Of a stretch of 64,000 bases of DNA, positions 62,086 to 64,000 are shown piece after piece (the stretch's first letter is position 1; every line of letters starts with the position of its first letter). The position numbers and the translations under genes are program-made. Below the pieces are notes generated by a model. It saw only the letters and a program-made list of their open reading frames with translations. It was not told the DNA's origin and did not search any database. Location: NCBI GenBank assembly GCA_026388765.1, contig JAPLJC010000033.1, positions 2,408 through 66,407 on the forward strand. The letters run 5' to 3'. The stretch is from Deltaproteobacteria bacterium (lineage in GTDB: Bacteria; Desulfobacterota; Desulfobaccia; Desulfobaccales; 0-14-0-80-60-11).

Positions 62086-62844
62086 CTGGGAGACCAGGGC
62101 GGCCTTAATAAATTCCCGGTTGAGGCGGGCGATGTTGCTGATGGAGATGCCCTTGGGACACTCCATCTCGCATTCCTTATGATTGGTGCAGTTGCCGAAC
62201 CCCAGCCCATCCATGCAAGCCACCATGGCCAGGGCCCGTTTGGCGGCTTCCGGACGGCCCTGGGGCAACAGGGCAAATTGGGAGATCTTGGCGCTGGTAA
62301 AGAGCATGGCCGAGGCGTTGGGACAGGCGGCGATGCAGGCGCCGCAGCCGATGCAGGCGGCGGCATCCATGGCCAGGTCGGCTTTATCCTTGGGCACAGG
62401 CAGCGAGTTGGCCTCCGCCGCCTGGCCGGTATTCACCGAAATGAAGCCGCCGGCCATGATGATCTGATCCAGGGCGCTGCGGTCCATCACCAGGTCTTTG
62501 ATCACCGGGAAGGCCCGGGCCCGGTAGGGTTCAATGACCACGGTGTCGCCGTCTTTAAAATGACGCATGTGCAACTGGCACAGGGTCGTTTCCCGCTCCG
62601 GCCCGTGGGGGCGGCCGTTGACCACGGTGCCGCACATGCCGCAGATGCCTTCCCGGCAGTCGTGATCAAAAGCGATGGGCTCTTTGCCTGCCAGGGTGAG
62701 GCGCTGGTTGACAATGTCCAGCATCTCCAAGAAGGAGGCGTCCGTGGGAATATTATCAGCCTGATAGGTTTCCAGGCGGCCCGCAGCCTTCGACCCCGGC
62801 TGCCGCCAGACCTTCAGGGTGAGATTGATCGACTTGCTGCTCAC
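62077..62844 (-). CDS. sdhB: Succinate dehydrogenase / fumarate reductase iron-sulfur subunit
   Basis: [10 protein letters not shown] (2Fe-2S), [12 protein letters not shown] (4Fe-4S) and C..H.EC...CP (3Fe-4S region). Confidence 0.85.
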   Translation of the reverse strand: MSSKSINLTLKVWRQPGSKAAGRLETYQADNIPTDASFLEMLDIVNQRLTLAGKEPIAFDHDCREGICGMCGTVVNGRPHGPERETTLCQLHMRHFKDGDTVVIEPYRARAFPVIKDLVMDRSALDQIIMAGGFISVNTGQAAEANSLPVPKDKADLAMDAAACIGCGACIAACPNASAMLFTSAKISQFALLPQGRPEAAKRALAMVACMDGLGFGNCTNHKECEMECPKGISISNIARLNREFIKAALVSQEK

Positions 62845-64000
62845 TTGTAACTCCTCGTGGCTAATTTAACGAATTCATAGACCAGCGGTTCCTTATTGAA
62901 GATGGGCTCCTTATCTTCGCCGGCATATTCCCAGACGGCCACGTGACTCATGTTGACATCATCCCGCAGGGCCTCGTGATCCGCGGTCTGGAAGGCCTCA
63001 TTAAAATGGCAGCCGCAGGATTCCCGGCGGGCCAGGGCGTCCAGGAGCAGGATGTCGGCGAATTCTAAGAAATCAGCCACCCGGCCGGCGTTTTCCAGGC
63101 TCTGGTTGAGATCGGCACGGGAACCAGGCACCGTGACATTCTCCCAGAATTCCGCCTTGACGTCGGCGACGAGCTTCCGGGCCTTGGTCAGGCGCTCGTC
63201 GGTCCGGCCCATACCGCAGTACTCCCACATGATATTGCCCAGGTCTCGATGGAAATCCTGCACCGTGCGCTTGCCCTTGATGCTGAGCAACCGCTTGACC
63301 TTGGCGACCACTTCGGCTACGGACTCCTTGAAAGCCGGGTGGCGGTCAGTCACCTCGGCGAACCTGCTTCCGGCCAGATAGCCATTGATGGTGTTGGGGA
63401 TGACGAAGTAGCCATCGGCCAGGCCCTGCATCAGGGCGCTGGCCCCCAGGCGGTTGGCGCCATGGTCCGAGAAGTTGGCCTCCCCCAGGACGAACAGGCC
63501 GGGGATGGTGCTCATCAGGTTGTAATCCACCCACAGCCCGCCCATGGCATAGTGCGAGGCCGGATAGATCATCATGGGCGTTTTATAAGGGTTCTCGGCC
63601 ACGATCTTTTCATACATCTGGAAGAGGTTGCCATACCTGGCGGCGATCTCCGGCTGGCCCAGGCGTTGAATGGCCTCGGCGAAATCTAAGTAGACCGCCC
63701 GCCCGGTGGGGCCGACGCCCTTGCCTTCGTCGCACATGCGCTTGGCAGCCCGGGAGGAGATATCCCGGGGAGCCAGGTTTCCGAAGCTGGGGTAGATACG
63801 CTCCAGATAATAATCACGTTCGTCTTCGGGGATCTCTTCCGGACGCCGGGTGTCGCCTGTCTGCTTGGGCACCCAGACCCGGCCGTCATTGCGCAGGCTC
63901 TCGCTCATCAGGGTCAGCTTGGACTGGTAGTCGCCGTGCACCGGGATGCAGGTGGGATGGATCTGGGTGAAGCAAGGATTGGCAAACCCGGCGCCCTTCT
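62841..64000 (-). CDS. sdhA: Succinate dehydrogenase / fumarate reductase flavoprotein subunit, C-terminal part; the gene continues beyond the window end
   Basis: ...[11 protein letters not shown]... and ...[20 protein letters not shown]... are typical of the flavoprotein subunit. The reading frame is open to position 64000. Confidence 0.85.
   Translation of the reverse strand, partial: KGAGFANPCFTQIHPTCIPVHGDYQSKLTLMSESLRNDGRVWVPKQTGDTRRPEEIPEDERDYYLERIYPSFGNLAPRDISSRAAKRMCDEGKGVGPTGRAVYLDFAEAIQRLGQPEIAARYGNLFQMYEKIVAENPYKTPMMIYPASHYAMGGLWVDYNLMSTIPGLFVLGEANFSDHGANRLGASALMQGLADGYFVIPNTINGYLAGSRFAEVTDRHPAFKESVAEVVAKVKRLLSIKGKRTVQDFHRDLGNIMWEYCGMGRTDERLTKARKLVADVKAEFWENVTVPGSRADLNQSLENAGRVADFLEFADILLLDALARRESCGCHFNEAFQTADHEALRDDVNMSHVAVWEYAGEDKEPIFNKEPLVYEFVKLATRSYK

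Overview
This is a GC-rich bacterial chromosome segment. The gene content suggests an anaerobic, deltaproteobacterium-like host, but the taxon cannot be proven from the sequence alone.

Positions 1 to about 29,970 are the larger part of a Mu-like transposable prophage that continues past the window start. Almost all of its genes are on the minus strand. From left to right it carries:
- neck/tail-proximal genes and two tandem paralogous small head proteins;
- a 786-aa protease-scaffold-capsid fusion, a MuF-like protein, an AT-rich moron and the portal;
- the terminase, whose large subunit is split by one in-frame TAG;
- a lysis cassette with a holin-like protein, an endolysin and overlapped spanins;
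- many small early/middle genes, including Gam, a frameshifted GemA-like gene, zinc ribbons and a Bro-N protein;
- a structured RNA/terminator region, a RemA/DUF370 homologue and an SLT transglycosylase;
- a MuB-like ATPase, a MuA-like DDE transposase and a Ner-like regulator;
- a TTGCTAAGTC operator array and a divergent XRE repressor that is translationally coupled to an AT-rich two-gene accessory module;
- a G-poor end region with TTTCTCAT repeats spaced like Mu L1/L2/L3.

From about 30 kb onward the sequence is host chromosome:
- a short FAD-oxidoreductase-like remnant, a YkgJ Cys-cluster protein and a PAS-GAF-GGDEF cyclase;
- a roughly 14-kb minus-strand acyl-CoA catabolic cluster: GctAB-type CoA-transferase, AtoE transporter, two family III CoA-transferases, an HMGL-like lyase, a carboxyltransferase, three enoyl-CoA hydratases, a hotdog thioesterase, an acyl-CoA dehydrogenase and a nitroreductase;
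- a redoxin, a DHH-like protein, an amidase, FkpA and zur-znuCBA;
- an unknown secreted protein, a POT transporter, a PAS histidine kinase with a NarL-type regulator, and sdh/frd B and A (A is partial).

I saw no rRNA, tRNA or CRISPR array. The long ORFs antisense to recognisable genes are treated as GC-rich shadow ORFs. All homology statements rest on motifs read by eye in the supplied translations, not on database searches.
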